The notes under the pieces: generated by a model
The model's input: the letters and a program-made list of their open reading frames with translations, nothing else
Database searches by the model: none
What the model was told of the DNA's origin: nothing
Program-made: the position numbers and the translations under genes
Assembly (NCBI GenBank): GCA_965649765.1
Contig: OZ287755.1
Location: 19,964,001-20,028,000, forward strand
DNA: 64,000 nucleotides
Reading direction: 5' to 3'
DNA from: Bispira polyomma
Lineage: Eukaryota
In this document: piece by piece, positions 36,996 to 51,515 of the stretch
Layout: each line of letters begins with the position of its first letter
Position numbering within the stretch: the first letter of the stretch is position 1

Positions 36996-39900
36996 TTTGT
37001 CATTCTATGATATTTAGTTTGAATTTAGTTGGGTTTTTACATCGCTTTTCAAACAGCTTAAGGTCATATCGCAATGGCCAGGTTCAATAGTGGGAGAAAC
37101 CAGTGCTGAAGCCACGGTCAACCATCGGACAAAACCACCAGACAAACTTTCCTGCATGAAGGAACAAACAGGATTATTAGCAAAGTTCTTCTAACCAAGA
37201 AGAGTTACACCATTATAAACTTAAGATACTACTTGAAGAGAGGATTGTGAAGCTAACACTTTTAAGAACAAGGCCACATCAGCCCCTACTCTATGATTAT
37301 TAAACTGTCAGCAGAGAAGACATGAACAAGCTGTTTTTTTACGGTAAAACTAGTCAATTCTGGTGGAAAAACACTGATAATCACCCTTGTATAGCATGGA
37401 CTAAGAGGAGCCGCGGTTGCCTAGTGGTTAGCAAGCATTGTGCTTCACAATCACTGGTCTCTCACCTCTGGGCGGCATGAGTTCGACTCCTGTTGATGCC
37501 TGTGTGGGAAAGGTGGTAGTTCCTTACTTTGGGCCGCTGGTTTCAGTGCAGAACCTTGATCAACTGTATGCAGTGTTTTCTCCAGCGTTTCCAACTACCC
37601 GTTCCAATATAACCTAAACAGGTACTACAGTGGACGTTAAATATCCAAATTCAAAAGCAAGGACTGAGCGCCTGAACAGGCACAATGTCAAATTTCTCCA
37701 GAGTGAAAAATGAAATCTGCAAAGCAGTACTCCTAAAGTGGATATGTTAATCTTTTACTTCTGTAGCACCACAATCCATGACCAGGCATCCTCTGCAACA
37801 CGCATCTCAGTCAATATGCAAAAGAAAAGTGTGATAGGAGAAAGGCTTGTGATCAGAGTTTAGTTCTATCCTGGCAGACAAATGAATGTTAACGTGGTAA
37901 AGCAAGTTATAAGATACAGATGTGCTTTGAGCTTTTTCCTGAAGCCTGTAGTCCTTAATATGCAGACTACAAGTCTTTCTGGATCCTATGAAGTTATTGT
38001 TTTCTACACCTTTAAAGAACTACTTTTTGAGAAATAACACAAATCCCAAGTTTTATTGGTAAATCATTGGACCATATCATTTAATTCCACGACTCTGGTG
38101 TCATAGGTGCCAACAATACATTCCAATGTTCTCACGGCAGTTGTCGAGTATATTTTACAGAGAAAGCATAAACTTGAAGATTGATCCTTTTGAGGTTATA
38201 ACAGCAGCATTTAAAACTTCTCTGGATGGTACAAAACCTTACAGAAAGATTATAGCCGAGCCATAGAGAGATAATCTAGCAGAAAAACATGAAAGTTGAC
38301 CCCTTGGAGTTCCAACAACTAATCTTTGAACAGATTTACATGGTACAAAAACTCACCATTCACTTTGTTGAGCCTCCTAGATATATCCTACTAAGGTGAA
38401 TGCCATTCAAAATAATATTATTTATTTCTTTTATTTATTATTTTTGAAAGAGGACACAATATCATTCTTTGTATCAAATCGAGTTCTCAGAGTCAAAACG
38501 TGGTCATGTGAAAATGGGTCAAAGCATAACACTGCAAATATACACACCTCGACAAAATATTTACATTTAAAGTTTTAAACATAAGATCAAAGTTTATGGT
38601 ATTATTTCATGATCAACCTCTTTTGAGTCAAAGCAGCATAGCCACACATAATTTGCACTTGCAATAAATATTTGTAACAGTCATGAACTACCTGTTACAA
38701 GTAATTACTGTAGTCTAGTCGAGAACGGTCATACAAAGTCCTTGAAATTTATTGAGGCAACCAGGATTTTTCTAAGTCATGACCAGGGTTTTTTTTAAGT
38801 TGTGACCAAAGTATCGCACATCTACCACAGAACAAATAGTTGTACACGGGCACTTTCTGTATCTGTAGCCATGTTCTCCAAAGAAACTCGGACGCCACTC
38901 AAATGAAGGCTATGTGTGGAAGTCCTTGTACATGGAATAAACCTGAACTTATGACCATTCATTTTAATAGAGCTTTCAGCACTGAATTAAAATATGCAGT
39001 ACAGTTTTAAATAAGTTCACTCTAGCTAGAGATATGGGAACTCCAGCTGGAGATCTTTTGAGAATATGGCCCCTGGAGATATAATGTATAGCAGACTTAC
39101 ACTAAAACCTTGTTCAGTTGAATCCCTTTGAGTCGAACCTCAAGGGACTAGGAATAATACCTCTACTTAAGCAGGATTTCCACATACCAGGGTAGATTTG
39201 AAAGGAAAAGAACTTTGTGGGACTTCAAACCTGCTGCTCCCTCATCCGTGAAAACAGATCCTAGGTGGCATTCCACTATTCTCACGTTTCACGGTATTAG
39301 GTCTTGTAATACTAAATGACCTGAGGCCAGGGTATTGTACATGTACAGAAGAACCTCGATTATCCGAACATGTGTTGTCCGAATATTAAATTTTATGTAT
39401 CCTCTCACTCAAATTTATGTTTTCCTTTTGTTTTATACAAAATTGTCTTCTATTTTATGAACCTTTTATTATACAAACAAAATCTTGCTCTCCCGACAGG
39501 TTCAAATGATAAAGGCGCTACTGTACTACCACATATTTCTACTAAACCAGGTTTTTCTTTAAATATTTTGAAACCAAATAGCAAAACGTGTGTTTTATCA
39601 GGATAGAGCGCAAGAGCGCAAGTTTTGTATACAAATATTTCTAGTAATAAACCACAAGTTGTGGTCCACAATACTACTTTGGACCTAGTGGGCAATGAAA
39701 TGAAATGTAGAAATGCAGAGGACCTGGGTTTGATCCCAGCCTGGGGCAACCAGGTACAGGCAGATACATAGTGGCTCAGATGACCACTTAAAAAGGGCTA
39801 TCCTCTGTCATTGAGTCCTACCCCCAGAGACAGGCTAAAGAACCTTGGGGAAGTTGAGAAGAGGTCTCATCCTCGGGTCTCTTTAATGACGGGAAATAGT

Positions 39901-40729
39901 GGACAAGTTGGTTAGCTAAACCTGGGCAGTCCCTCAAGAAATGATGAATTAGCACGTTAAATAACTGAACACCAAATATTAATGCAGAGAGTATCAATTT
40001 GAATGCAATAAAACCATTGACCTGGTGACATCACAAGTCTACATCCTATCAGCCATTTGAATATGGTTTAGTTATTGTAATGGCTGGTGAAGGTTTAATA
40101 AAACACCCCAAGTGTTTATTCAATTCATTTATTTTACTTATTATTTTGTTTTGATATGGCAAAAATTTAAATAATATATAATATTCATCCAATTTTCACA
40201 ATCAATACAGTTACAAAATTCACGAAACATTGTTGTCCCAAGAAGTACAAGGAAAACAAATAAGACTTGCTCTTTATTTTACCGCACTTACTCTTTTTTT
40301 TTGAGGGGGGGGACAAAACGAACCAAACAAGGAAAGTTATAAACATAAATATTTGAAAAGAACAGTGAAAATACTGAATTTTAAAGCAGTACATGTAGGT
40401 CACTAAGGTCAGGGTGTGAAATCAAAGGTTAAATACACCAACACTACTTAAAACACTTCTTTGGGAGTTTTTGATTGACAATAACATAAGCAGTAGTTAC
40501 TGAGGTATCTAACAAATACTGCTGTCACAAAATTAAGTGGGTAACCAACTATTTTCCAAAACAATGTTGGAAAATCTGATAATAATTTACTTAAGGACAA
40601 AATAAATTTTATAAATTAATTATAAACAGATTTAAGGTAACATTTTTATTACAGTCATGGATGTAGTACATCTTTATCTATGCATAATTATTTCGACTGG
40701 AAACTTAAGTAGATACAAATTCAGACGTT

Positions 40730-40945
40730 TTAATATAAATTTCTGTCCTAGAATTAAGCTGGGTACCCAAATATTTTACTTTACAATAATGAAAATACTT
40801 TTTAATAAAATTTCTGTGGACGAATTAGGCTAGTACCCAAATATTTTATTTCACAATGATAGGAATACTTTCTAATAAAATTTCAGCCCTAGAATTAAGC
40901 TTGTACCCAAACTATTCTCCTTTACAATATTGGGAATACTTTTCC
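40730..40945. repeat. ~70-bp tandem repeat (3 copies) in the putative DRG1 3' UTR
   Basis: ataaatttctgtcctagaattaagctgggtacccaaatatttt...aatactt occurs three times. Confidence 0.8.
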
Positions 40946-41178
40946 CATCCTTTTATCATATAGACACTGTAGTAGCCTGGTAACCTGTTGTTGATGAAAC
41001 TGTAACACAAGCTGGTACCCTAATTAATGGTCACCGTGTGGGAAGCTGGTAATCGTAGATAATAATACTGTAGGAATAGCCCTGACACAAATCTCCTAGA
41101 AGAGTCCCAAATAATCCTTGGTGCAATGTCATTGAATGTCTCCTGTGTGTATGATCTATCCAGTGTGTGTGTGCCCGT

Positions 41179-41185
41179 TTAGATC
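41179..41185 (-). CDS. DRG1: DRG1 exon 11, 7 coding nt giving C-terminus ...VKKI*
   Basis: tgctcttattcacag|G ATC TAA completes the phase-2 donor of exon 10; total CDS 1104 nt = 367 aa; AATAAA on the minus strand at 40115-40120 and 38052-38057. Confidence 0.65.
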
Positions 41186-44100
41186 CTGTGAATAAGAGCA
41201 GAAACTCTCCAGAACATCAGGTCCTTGAGTAGATGAAAAAAAAGAGTGGGGGAAGAGAGAGAGAGAAAAAAGCACAGGGTAAGTAAGCAGTAGGTTTGTT
41301 ATAGAGCAGACGTGCAACCAAGATCTAGAATACCACACAAATAGAGTAGATAAAACTACTAGACATACGATACTATATTACAACATATGGAGGGTGAGTA
41401 ACAAGTAGGTTTGTTATAGAGCAGATAACAAGCAAGGGAAGGTAGACTACATGGAGTAAGGAATTTAAATTCCACCACTGTATCTGAAATTCTCCACCTG
41501 GAAAATGGTGTGTTTCTGGAAGAATTGTGGGTAATATTTGCTGAAATTGAGATTTTTGTGACTATTTGGCCTCACTTACCTAAATTTCAGTTATTTTTCA
41601 CCAGGTGTTTATTATTTTGGCTTACATTTTAGGGGTAGCGAATTTCAGATACAGTTGCGAATTTTAGATTCCTTACTACAGTTATTAATATGACAACACT
41701 CTAGACTACAATAGAGTGTATAAAAAAAAAAATGTCAAGCAACTACTAGACATATGATACTATACTACAACATATAGTGGGTGAGTAAGCAGTATATAGG
41801 TATAAGCAGACAAGCAAAGTAAGATATAGAATATTACTCAAATAGAGTAGATAAAACTACTAGACATATGACACTATACTACCACATGTAGAGAGTGAGC
41901 AAGGCAAACAATAGGATATTAGGTTAGTATAAACAGGAAGGAAATAGTGTAGATGAAGGTAGATGAAGGTGACCATACTACATAGTACATAACCACTACA
42001 ATTAGGGCTGCAAAGAGTAATATAGTACTCGTTAAAGAATAGAGTAATAAACTATTCGGAGAACAAAATCAGGAAAAGACTTTCAAAAGGGTACTCTTTT
42101 CTTGTTTGAGATTAGCAGTATTGCAAATATTGTCATAAAATTAACTTCAAATAAGTCATTATTTGTAACTCGGTTGGGAAAATCATGCAAATTCTGGCTA
42201 TTTTACGCTTAAAACAGTACTCTTTAAAGAGTAGAGTAATGATGAAAGAGTATTCGGGTATAAAAATTACTACTGATTGCAGCCTTAACTACAATACACT
42301 ATAGTAATACACTAGATGGAAATAGAGTACACAAAACTACTACATATTATGTTTGTTTCGTTTCGCGAAACTCCACTTCCTGTAACAGGCTGCATTCGTT
42401 TGGGGAGATACTAGAATCAATACATTTTCGGTATCCCGGAATCCCAACGGTTTTGCATCGGCGAGATACCGACATACAAAAACTGGTACCGTCCCCCCCC
42501 CCCTACTAGATAGATAAAATAATACCACAATATACAGCCAGTTAGTAAGCATATAGAGCAAACAGACAAGAGAAGGTGTAGAATACTAGACTACATACAG
42601 TAACAGCCAGTGCACAAATAGAGCTGATAAAACTATTAGATGTATGCTACTGTCTGTGTCACCGATTTGGATTGGCCGAAAGCTTCCGTAAAAATCACCA
42701 TATACACATGGGCTGTTTTGTCCGTAGGATTGATGCCCAGGAGAAAATAGTTCCTCTAGTAACATATAAGAATCCACTAATTACAGTAGAATTCAAGTGA
42801 TTATTTAATTAGTCGTGCTTCTACGCTCCAAGAGTGGTATAAATTACCGTATATCCTGGGTGTGGATACTATAGTACATGGCTACTAGTGGGTAAATCGT
42901 TTAGATTGATGGACATTAGTGGGTAAATTGTTTGGCCTGGTGGAGATTGGTATGGAAAGTAAAATAACTTCAATATCGGCTGATATCGGGACATAGCAAG
43001 AAAGCTGTGACGAAACTGAAACGTATCTTCAAAACGAAAAAAATCAGGCCAAATGAAACTGAAAGTGAGAACCGGTAAATATGTTCACAAGTAAAATGAA
43101 TTTAAAATCGTTAATTAGTTAATATTCACTTTTAAAATATCAATAAAATATATTAATATAAATTTTGTCCCAAGGGGAAATATGTGTCATTTATGATATT
43201 GGTGTGCTCGCATTTGACATCGATATCGGCATGCAAAAAACCTAAACAATAACTATTGGTGATTTTGAGAAACTATTTAGCCACTAAAAGACCAGTAATA
43301 GCCACTACAATACACTAGACTACAGTCCAAAAGGAAAGATATAGGGCAATATACTAGAAGAGCTAGTAGACTCTGTATAAGTAGAACCAGTGTAAGTCGA
43401 ATTTAGGTATAATTGGAATCAGTTTTGAGGTCCCCAACATCAGAAAATGCTGTACTTTTGTAGGTATAAGTTGAACTTAGCCATAACTAGAACCAAACCC
43501 TGTGGATATTGGAGGTTCTAGTTATACAGAGTCTTAAATACAGTGGATAAAACTACATGTACTATACAGTTGAACCCCTTTAAGTGGAACCTCAAGGGAC
43601 CAGGAGAAATACCTCTACATAAGCAGGATTTCCACTTAACAGGGTAGATTTGAAAGGAAAAAGTCTTCATGTGACTTCTAATTCGTCTCCACATAACAGG
43701 GAAAATGACTTAACAGAGTTCTACTTAAAGGGGTTTCACTGTATATGACATTATGCAGTGCACAGAGGGCTAGTGGGGCCATTGTCATCTAGTGGTTAAA
43801 AGCACCTGCTTTAAAATCACTGGCCTTTCACCTCTGGGGATATAATCCCACAGATTCCTTCTTCAAGTGAGAAAGTTTGTCAGGTACTTGCCATAGGTCA
43901 GTGGTTTACAGTGCATCATCACTGGTTTTCCCCCACCACTAATCCTTGCCATTGCAATATGACCCAAGCTGTTGAAAGCGACATAAAACCCAAATTAATT
44001 CAAATACACAAACGGCCAATTATCAGTATATATATATATATTAGTGGAACCCCTTCAAGTTACCTCAAGGGACCAGGAGAAATACTTAAGCAGGATATCC

Positions 44101-45196
44101 ACTTAACAGGGTGGATTTTAATGGAAAATAAAAAAGGCAAAATGACTTAACAGAGTTTTAACAAAAGGGGTTAGACTGTATATGTATGTATACAAGGCAA
44201 CACAAGCAAAGAAAGATGTAGGCTACTCTATCCTAGAATAGAGAGGAATTAAATACAGTAGATGAAATGGTATAGTGCATTTTTACAACACAGCACCGTT
44301 TCAAATGCGCTTCCTCATGGACAGCCACTATGGGCACCGAGGCTTGCTTGAGGATGACCATTTATCAACGTCCCCAAGGATCTTCAATCTGCCATTGGAG
44401 ATATTACTCAGTGACAGAGGACCGCCATTTTAAGTGGTCATCCGAGTCACTAGGCAAACTTGTGTTCACATCTTGCCCAAGGATGTTAGCCTACCAAATG
44501 AAATTAGCGGCCAGAACCGGGAATAGAACCGGGGAACTTCTGATAATCAGAGTAACACCCTAACCACTAGTCATAGAAAACCTTTCCCAAATAAAATTAG
44601 ACATATATTACAAAGTTAACATTCATTCACTTGTAACCTGCACTACTAACTGTATAGAGTTGGTAATTCTAATTTATAATTTTGCCATATATATTTGAAA
44701 CGGAAAAAGCAGGGTGAAAAACTGGTTTAAGACGAGCTTCTTTTGTTTAAAAATACTTATCTTGAAGCCAAAACTCAATAGTTTCCTAAAATGGAACAAA
44801 CGTAACTGCAAAACTGGATCAAATAGCATTTGAAATACTCTGATAATATACTTATCTTGAGGCCAAAACACTGTAATTTCTTACATTTTACTACATGTAC
44901 TAAATTAAGGGGGTAGTGATATTTGGCAAATTTCAGAGTATTACAGTAAGAAATCTAAAATTCGCCACCTGGAAAATGTGTTTTTGGTAGAATTCTGGGT
45001 AATATTTGGTGAAATTAAGATTATTTTTGTAACCATTTGGCCTGAATTACCTAAATTCCAGTAATTTTACACCTAATTTTTATTGGTTTGGCCTGAGAAA
45101 TTTAGGGATGGTGAATTTCAGACACAGTGGCAAATTTTAGATTTCCTACTCTAATATTTGGTAAATTTTAGAGTAATATCCGTGCAAGTGACTTAC

Positions 45197-45292
45197 TTTT
45201 TGACTATCTGCACAACGTCTTCATCATTTAATACGTGTTCCCTGCCGACATTCTGAGGTTGATGTTTGACTGAGGAACCCCACACTAAGGCA
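45197..45292 (-). CDS. DRG1: DRG1 exon 10: ALVWGSSVKHQPQNVGREHVLNDEDVVQIVK
   Basis: TGS-domain end matching DRG1; ttcag acceptor; AA|GTAAGT donor overlapping an in-frame TAA. Confidence 0.95.
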
Positions 45293-45741
45293 CTGAATAC
45301 AGAATGTAATACATGTAAACTTATTACCAAAAAAAATGTCCCTTCTGTTACCGGCGTTCATTTCCTCTTGGGGTGTCTAAAGTGTAAAATAAGATTTCCA
45401 CTCAACAGAGAACATTTTAAAAGAAAAATGCTGTTATGTAACTACAAGTTTCCTTTCTACATAAAAAGAGAAATTGCCTATAAACAGACTTCTACTTAAA
45501 AGATGAATTTTTCCACAAATTAAATTTTTTTTTAGCTGGGACAAAAGATTTGCTGATTTACAATTTTTTAGGAAGTTAACTTTAATTAAATTTCAAGATT
45601 GGCTAATTTTTAGTTAATACATATATCGATACAAGTTTAACTTTTCACTATCAATTAATTTTCAATATCCCAATTCATTAGATAAAACAGCTGAAATAGT
45701 TTTTTAGTAACAATTTCCAGTTATACAGTATTACTACTTAC

Positions 45742-45864
45742 TACTTGAATTCCTTTAGGATGTTCTTGTGTATTTTCATACAAAAGTCCTCCACAGTAGT
45801 GGCGGTCGTCTTGAGGACGATGGGCGAATTATAGTCGGGCAGTTGTCCCTTGGGTTTGGTGTAA
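45742..45864 (-). CDS. DRG1: DRG1 exon 9: [40 protein letters not shown]
   Basis: DRG1 TGS domain; phase 2-2. Confidence 0.96.
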
Positions 45865-46711
45865 CTGAAAACACAACGGATGGAAAGAAATGAAAATTAA
45901 TTGAAATATGACATTTGTTATAGCGCACTTATACAACACAGGGTCATTTCAAATGCATTTCCTCATGGGGCAGCCACTATGAGCGGCGAGGCTTGCTTGA
46001 GGATGACCATTTATCAACGTCCTCAAGGATCTTTAATCTGCTACTGGAGATAGAATTCTGTGACAGAGTAGAGGATCGCCATTTTAAGTGGTCATCCAAG
46101 CCACTAGGCAAACTTGTCTTCAAATCTTGCATAAGGATGTTATTCCACCAAATGAAACTAGCGGTCGGTACTGGGAATAGAACCAGGACCTTCTCATCTT
46201 CAGACTGACACCCTAACCACTAGACCATAGGGGATCACATTTTCTTGACTACCTAAGTACTGTAATCCAGCAACTGCCATTTCAGTATTTGACATTTCAA
46301 AGTGTAAATACCCCTTATCATCATGACTGCCCTAGTACAGTCAACCAGCACCGGTAACTATAACTTCCCGAACTTAGAGAAGCTTAGGCTTGAGGATGAC
46401 ACCATTTCTCGAATGTTGTTGTCAAATCTATGTTATCAAAAGATGTACAAATTTGCTGTTTTCAATAGAATCTTTGTTTGCAATGGAGTTTAAACACAAG
46501 TCACCCGCCTGTGCAAAAGAGGACAAAACGCCAAGGTAGTGATTGCTGAAGACATTGACAATGTCTATTTATCTTCAGTACAACCTCTTTTATCTGAATA
46601 TTCAATTTTATGGAACATATTTCCAACTCTCCCAAATTTAAAATTTCCCTGCTCTCCCAACACATTCGGTAAATAGAGGTTCCACTGTATTGATTTATGA
46701 CAAATACCTAC

Positions 46712-46824
46712 ATGCGACATAACGAGAGGTAATCCCACATCTTTTCCAGGAGATCGTCAAAGTTCCATTTGTGATGTGCAGAGATGGGCACACAGTGTGG
46801 GATTTTGTAAATAATGTCCAATTC
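46712..46824 (-). CDS. DRG1: DRG1 exon 8: [37 protein letters not shown]
   Basis: Near identical to human DRG1; canonical sites. Confidence 0.97.
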
Positions 46825-48807
46825 CTACAAGAACAAGTAATACAGTAACATACACTGACTATACATATAGTGGAACCCTGTTAATTCGAATCTTAAGGGA
46901 CCGTAAAAGTGTGTTCTTTTTGACAGGGTAAATTTTAATTAGAAATATAGCAGTGGGACCTTAAAATAATTCGACTTAACAGGTAATTCTACTTATCAGA
47001 GTTCTACTTTAAGGGCTTTGACTGTAAATAAAAATTTTTGCGAGGAATTAGGCTTATGCTAGTGAAAACTATTTCTCACAGTGAAAATTTAAATTTATAT
47101 TGATTCTTTCCAGAAACAAAAGTGAAACTTATTTCTAGTGAATTCATGAAAATTTCAAATTAAAAATTTGCACTTCTAAAGTAAATACAGCCAAACCTGT
47201 TGATGTGTTAATTATACGTCTCTTTATTTCAGTAAAAAATGTGGTATCTGTGGCGTAGTGGTTAGAGTGTCGGACTTCGGATCTTAGAGATCTTAAGAGC
47301 CCAGGTTCGATTGTAGCTGCAGGCCTGGAGATTGTACCCTTGGACAAGGTGCTCCACACAAAGTAGTCACTCTCTACCAAGGTGTATAAATGGGTAACTG
47401 GCTGCTAATGGGTGTTATAGTCTTTGTTTGCTATATGTGGCAGCAAGGCTAGTATGCTTCCTCAGGAAGCTGAGACTGAACAATTGTTGACAAGTGAAAG
47501 AATCCAGGCTGGGGGTGTAAACTTTAAAGTCGGCTGAGACCTCAATGGAGGCGATATTAGACTATATACCTACACACATTTACATAAACGAAAACGTGAA
47601 CAGCTATTTTTAAATGTTACATCCATTTCAATAGAACTTGAACTGGTGAATTTAAATCTACTTTTAGATATTAGTTATAATCTCACTCCCATTCATAAGA
47701 GATACGGGGGCCATTTTTGGGAGAGAAGCTCAGACTCATTCCAAATGTGAAGGCTATAAATACATCCTTGTAGGTAGAATATAAACTTATTCTTGTAACA
47801 CTATTCACAGACTTAAAATATGCAGTCAGATTTTACATAAACTGCAGTTCCACCAACCTTTTTTTAATTATTAAATTTGGGGATCAATTTTTTTACTTTG
47901 GAGGCCATGCGCAAAATTAAAATGATTGTACACCAATGGCTAAGAACGGTGTATTTGAATTTGGATTTTTAACATCCACTCTAGTACCTTTAGTTAGGTT
48001 ATATTGGGATGGATAGTTGGAACACTGGAGAAAACAACGCTCACAGTTAATCAAGGTTCCACACTGAAACCAGCGTCCTACAGTAAGGAACTACCACTTT
48101 TCCCACATAGACGGGAGGCGAACTCGTGACCATTCGATCTCCAGACGTGACAGACCAGTGATTTCAAAGCTGACGCTTATAACCACTAGGCCACAGCGGC
48201 CCCTCTAAGAATGGTGTAAAAGTGAAGATAAAATATGTCTGCATAGAACTGACCCTTAGATCAGTAATGTGTCCGTAATATGTAAAATTTCTGCTTAAAT
48301 TCGCTGAAAAGTTTATTCTAGCCGAATATATGTGTACTTTAGATTTGCGCTTGATTTTGAGTTGAGAGGGAGAATTGTTGGGAGAATACGTCCAGATTTG
48401 TATAGAGCTCGTCTAGTGGGTAAATTATTTGGGCTGGTGGAGATCGATATCGAAAGTAAAATAAATTCAATACAGGCCTATATTGGGACATAGAAGTTGT
48501 GAAGAAACTAGAATGTATTTCCAAAGCAAAAAACTGCCCGAATGAAACAGGAACTGAGAAACGCTAAATATGTTTACAAGTAAAAATAGACTTAAAATGG
48601 TTATCATTCATAATTTAAAATGTATTAACCATAAAATATTATTAAAATGGTTGTATAAATGTTGTCCCAAGGTATAACATGTGTCATATATGATATTGAT
48701 GTGTTTGTAATTAGAACATAAAAGCCCAAACAATAAATATTGGCGATATCCATAAACAATTTACCTAGTAAGCTCCTGATAAGTGTACAATACAAACGAA
48801 GACCTAC

Positions 48808-48910
48808 CTCTATAGAAATCTGGTCAATCTTATTGAGTGCATAGATACAGGGGATGTAGACTCTGTTGCCTTCAATCACATCGATTAGATCTTCTGCAGT
48901 GGCATCATAC
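48808..48910 (-). CDS. DRG1: DRG1 exon 7: [34 protein letters not shown]
   Basis: G4 motif NKID; canonical sites. Confidence 0.97.
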
Positions 48911-49558
48911 CTGTGTGTAATTATAAAAAGCCCAATCTTTACTTTGTACAGTAGTCAACAAAGTAGCCAAATCAACACAATCAGGGTTAAGACAAACCCA
49001 GGCAATAAAAGCACAGTACTAGAACCGCTATTATCCAAGCTTCTGTTCTCCGTATATTCAATTTTATAAACATAGTTTCACACTTTTCATTTTTGAAATT
49101 GATTTTTACGAAAATGCCTCTTCTGTTTTATGAACACTCTATTTTCCGAACAAAATTTTGCTCTCCCAACATGTGCAGATAATAGAGATTCTGCTGTATT
49201 GCTCTGCCCTTTATGCTTAATGGGTTTTACTGGGAAATACTAGGGGGAATCCCATGGCCTAGTGGTGAGGGCATTGGTCTGGTGATCAGAAGGTCTCCAC
49301 TTCGACTCCTGTTTATGTGGCTAGGTTCACTGATGGGATAACATCCTTGGGGAAAAACGTGAACACACCATTGCCTACTGATGACGACCCAGGCCAGATG
49401 GTAGGACACATGATTTGCTGATTGATTCGGTTGTTTCGCTTTAGAAGATGCCTTACATCAATAAAGCGCATTAAAAATATACAATGCAATACAGTATGGC
49501 TTTCAGGAAAATAGCACAAACACTCACACCTACTTTTTATACACAACTACATTATCTG

Positions 49559-50393
49559 CAGGGTTCACGCTTACGACGTCCGAGTATCTAAAAACGCGGA
49601 ATTTTCGTTAGCGGACCCAAATTAAAACATAGAATGCGTCCATTAGGACCCAGACTTTATTTAAAAGAAAGAAATCACCATTTTCCCCCTTTTAATTTTT
49701 ATATATTTTGAAGTTTAATCACAGTTTCTAGCGATCTTTTTGTTTTGATTTGGTTCTTCCGGTTGTGGTGTTTTGAATGGGTAGTTTCTAAAACTCAAAA
49801 TTCTGTCAGGCCCTGGGTGATACGAAAATTGCCTAACTTTTTTTAACTCACATTTTAAGTACCTAAACTTTATTTTATATTATAATTATGCAACTTAATG
49901 GTCAATAAGGCTTCACAATTGACTTGTTTTATCCAATTACACCATTGAGACACAGCTTATTTTTGGGGGGGATTTTTTTTTAAGCTACAGCTTATTTGTT
50001 GGATGTTTAGTGTAATTCCAAGGGTAACATTTGTTTGTTTGGTGTTAAATTATATATTTGGATGTAGAAATATCAAGTTTGTAGTGTTTAACTTAAATTT
50101 TTATATCTAATGGCTAACATTGGTTTGTTTGATGTTAAATTATATATTTGGATGTAAAAGTATCAATATTAAATTTGTAGTGTTTGACTTAAATTTTCAT
50201 ATTCTATGTTATTATATTCTGTTGTTTGATAAGTGTAGAAATACAACAGTATATATTTTATTATTTTTAAATTATATTTGTCACAAAAATTGAAATTATC
50301 TATCGGATGCATGGAAACTACTACGGGACCCCACTTTTTATGAGAGGTGGGGTCCCCAAAACCCCACTTTAAAAAATCCTAGCGCCAACCCTG
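49559..50393. mobile_element. Non-autonomous hAT-like element with a 5-bp TSD
   Basis: CAGGGTT...AACCCTG termini; ATCTG directly flanks both sides. Confidence 0.7.
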
Positions 50394-50905
50394 ATCTGTT
50401 ATGTAATCAATAGATATAATTAAAAGTATAAGCTCAGTAATTTAACTTCAACAAATATAATTCCTTTTTTATTGTATGAAAAAAAGCTAAGCTGGTAATT
50501 TATGATGAAAATTTATATTGCCCAATCATTGTCTGTTTTACCCAGCATTGCCCACCTAGGAGTATTGCCCAGCTCGTAAAAACCTGACTTTAGATGATTG
50601 ATTATTTTGAGTTTAACGTCGCTTTCAACACTTTTGTATAGCTCATATGACGACGGTCTCTTTTACTGGTAGGGCAAAGGCAGTGCATACTCATTTGTTG
50701 AGAATGGCAGAATTGTAAAAAAAAAAAAGATTCTGCATTGTAAACAATTGGGCTTCGGAAAATAACTGCCAACTTTCCACATAAAGCTGCTGCTAAGATT
50801 TGAATCCATGACCTCAGAGGTGGGAGGCAAGTGCATTTAACACTACACCAGTGAGCCCCCTATGACCTTACAAAGAAAACCAATAGGTCCATACAATTGA
50901 ATACT

Positions 50906-51093
50906 ACATGGGCGTTCATAATACCGCTCGGGTCACAATACCGTCCGTTGCATTTTAGGGACTTTACCAACGGAAATTTAATGAATAAAAGCACAGAATA
51001 CTTTATTTTGTTTGAAATATATCTACGTTTTAAGTATTAAAATGTCCGTCAAATGGTATTGTGACCTGACTGGTATATTGTGACCGCCCGTGT
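50906..51093. mobile_element. Mariner-type MITE (second copy ~57010-57208)
   Basis: tacatgggcg...cgcccgtgta termini; shared ataccgtccgttgcatttt interior. Confidence 0.7.
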
Positions 51094-51432
51094 ACAATAT
51101 TTAAAGTTTGGATAATAGAGGTTCTAATGTGTTGATATTCCAGAACCTCAGTATAGATAGAGACTATTCCCCCACCCACCCACTAGTATCATTGTTTCAT
51201 GTAACTTCGGCGCACATATAACTTCGACGTAAATCACCATTAGCCACATTAAAAGTTCACGATTTCAAATTATTACTTGTTCAAAACACAAATAATTATT
51301 TGGCAATAAATCTCGTAACAATAAAGTCTTTGAATTGTCAATAATATTGTACATTACTGAGTGAAAACGTCACCTGCCGTACATAGCTTACTACGCCGAA
51401 GTTACATTGGAACACCATACCAGAAGCCTTAC

Positions 51433-51515
51433 TTGAGTGTGATATCAGCGTTGTGCATTCTGTATTCACCCAGTATAGTCTTGACCGTATCCAGGTCTAA
51501 CTCTGACTGAGTCAC
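51433..51515 (-). CDS. DRG1: DRG1 exon 6: [27 protein letters not shown]
   Basis: Matches DRG1; phase 0 to 2. Confidence 0.96.
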
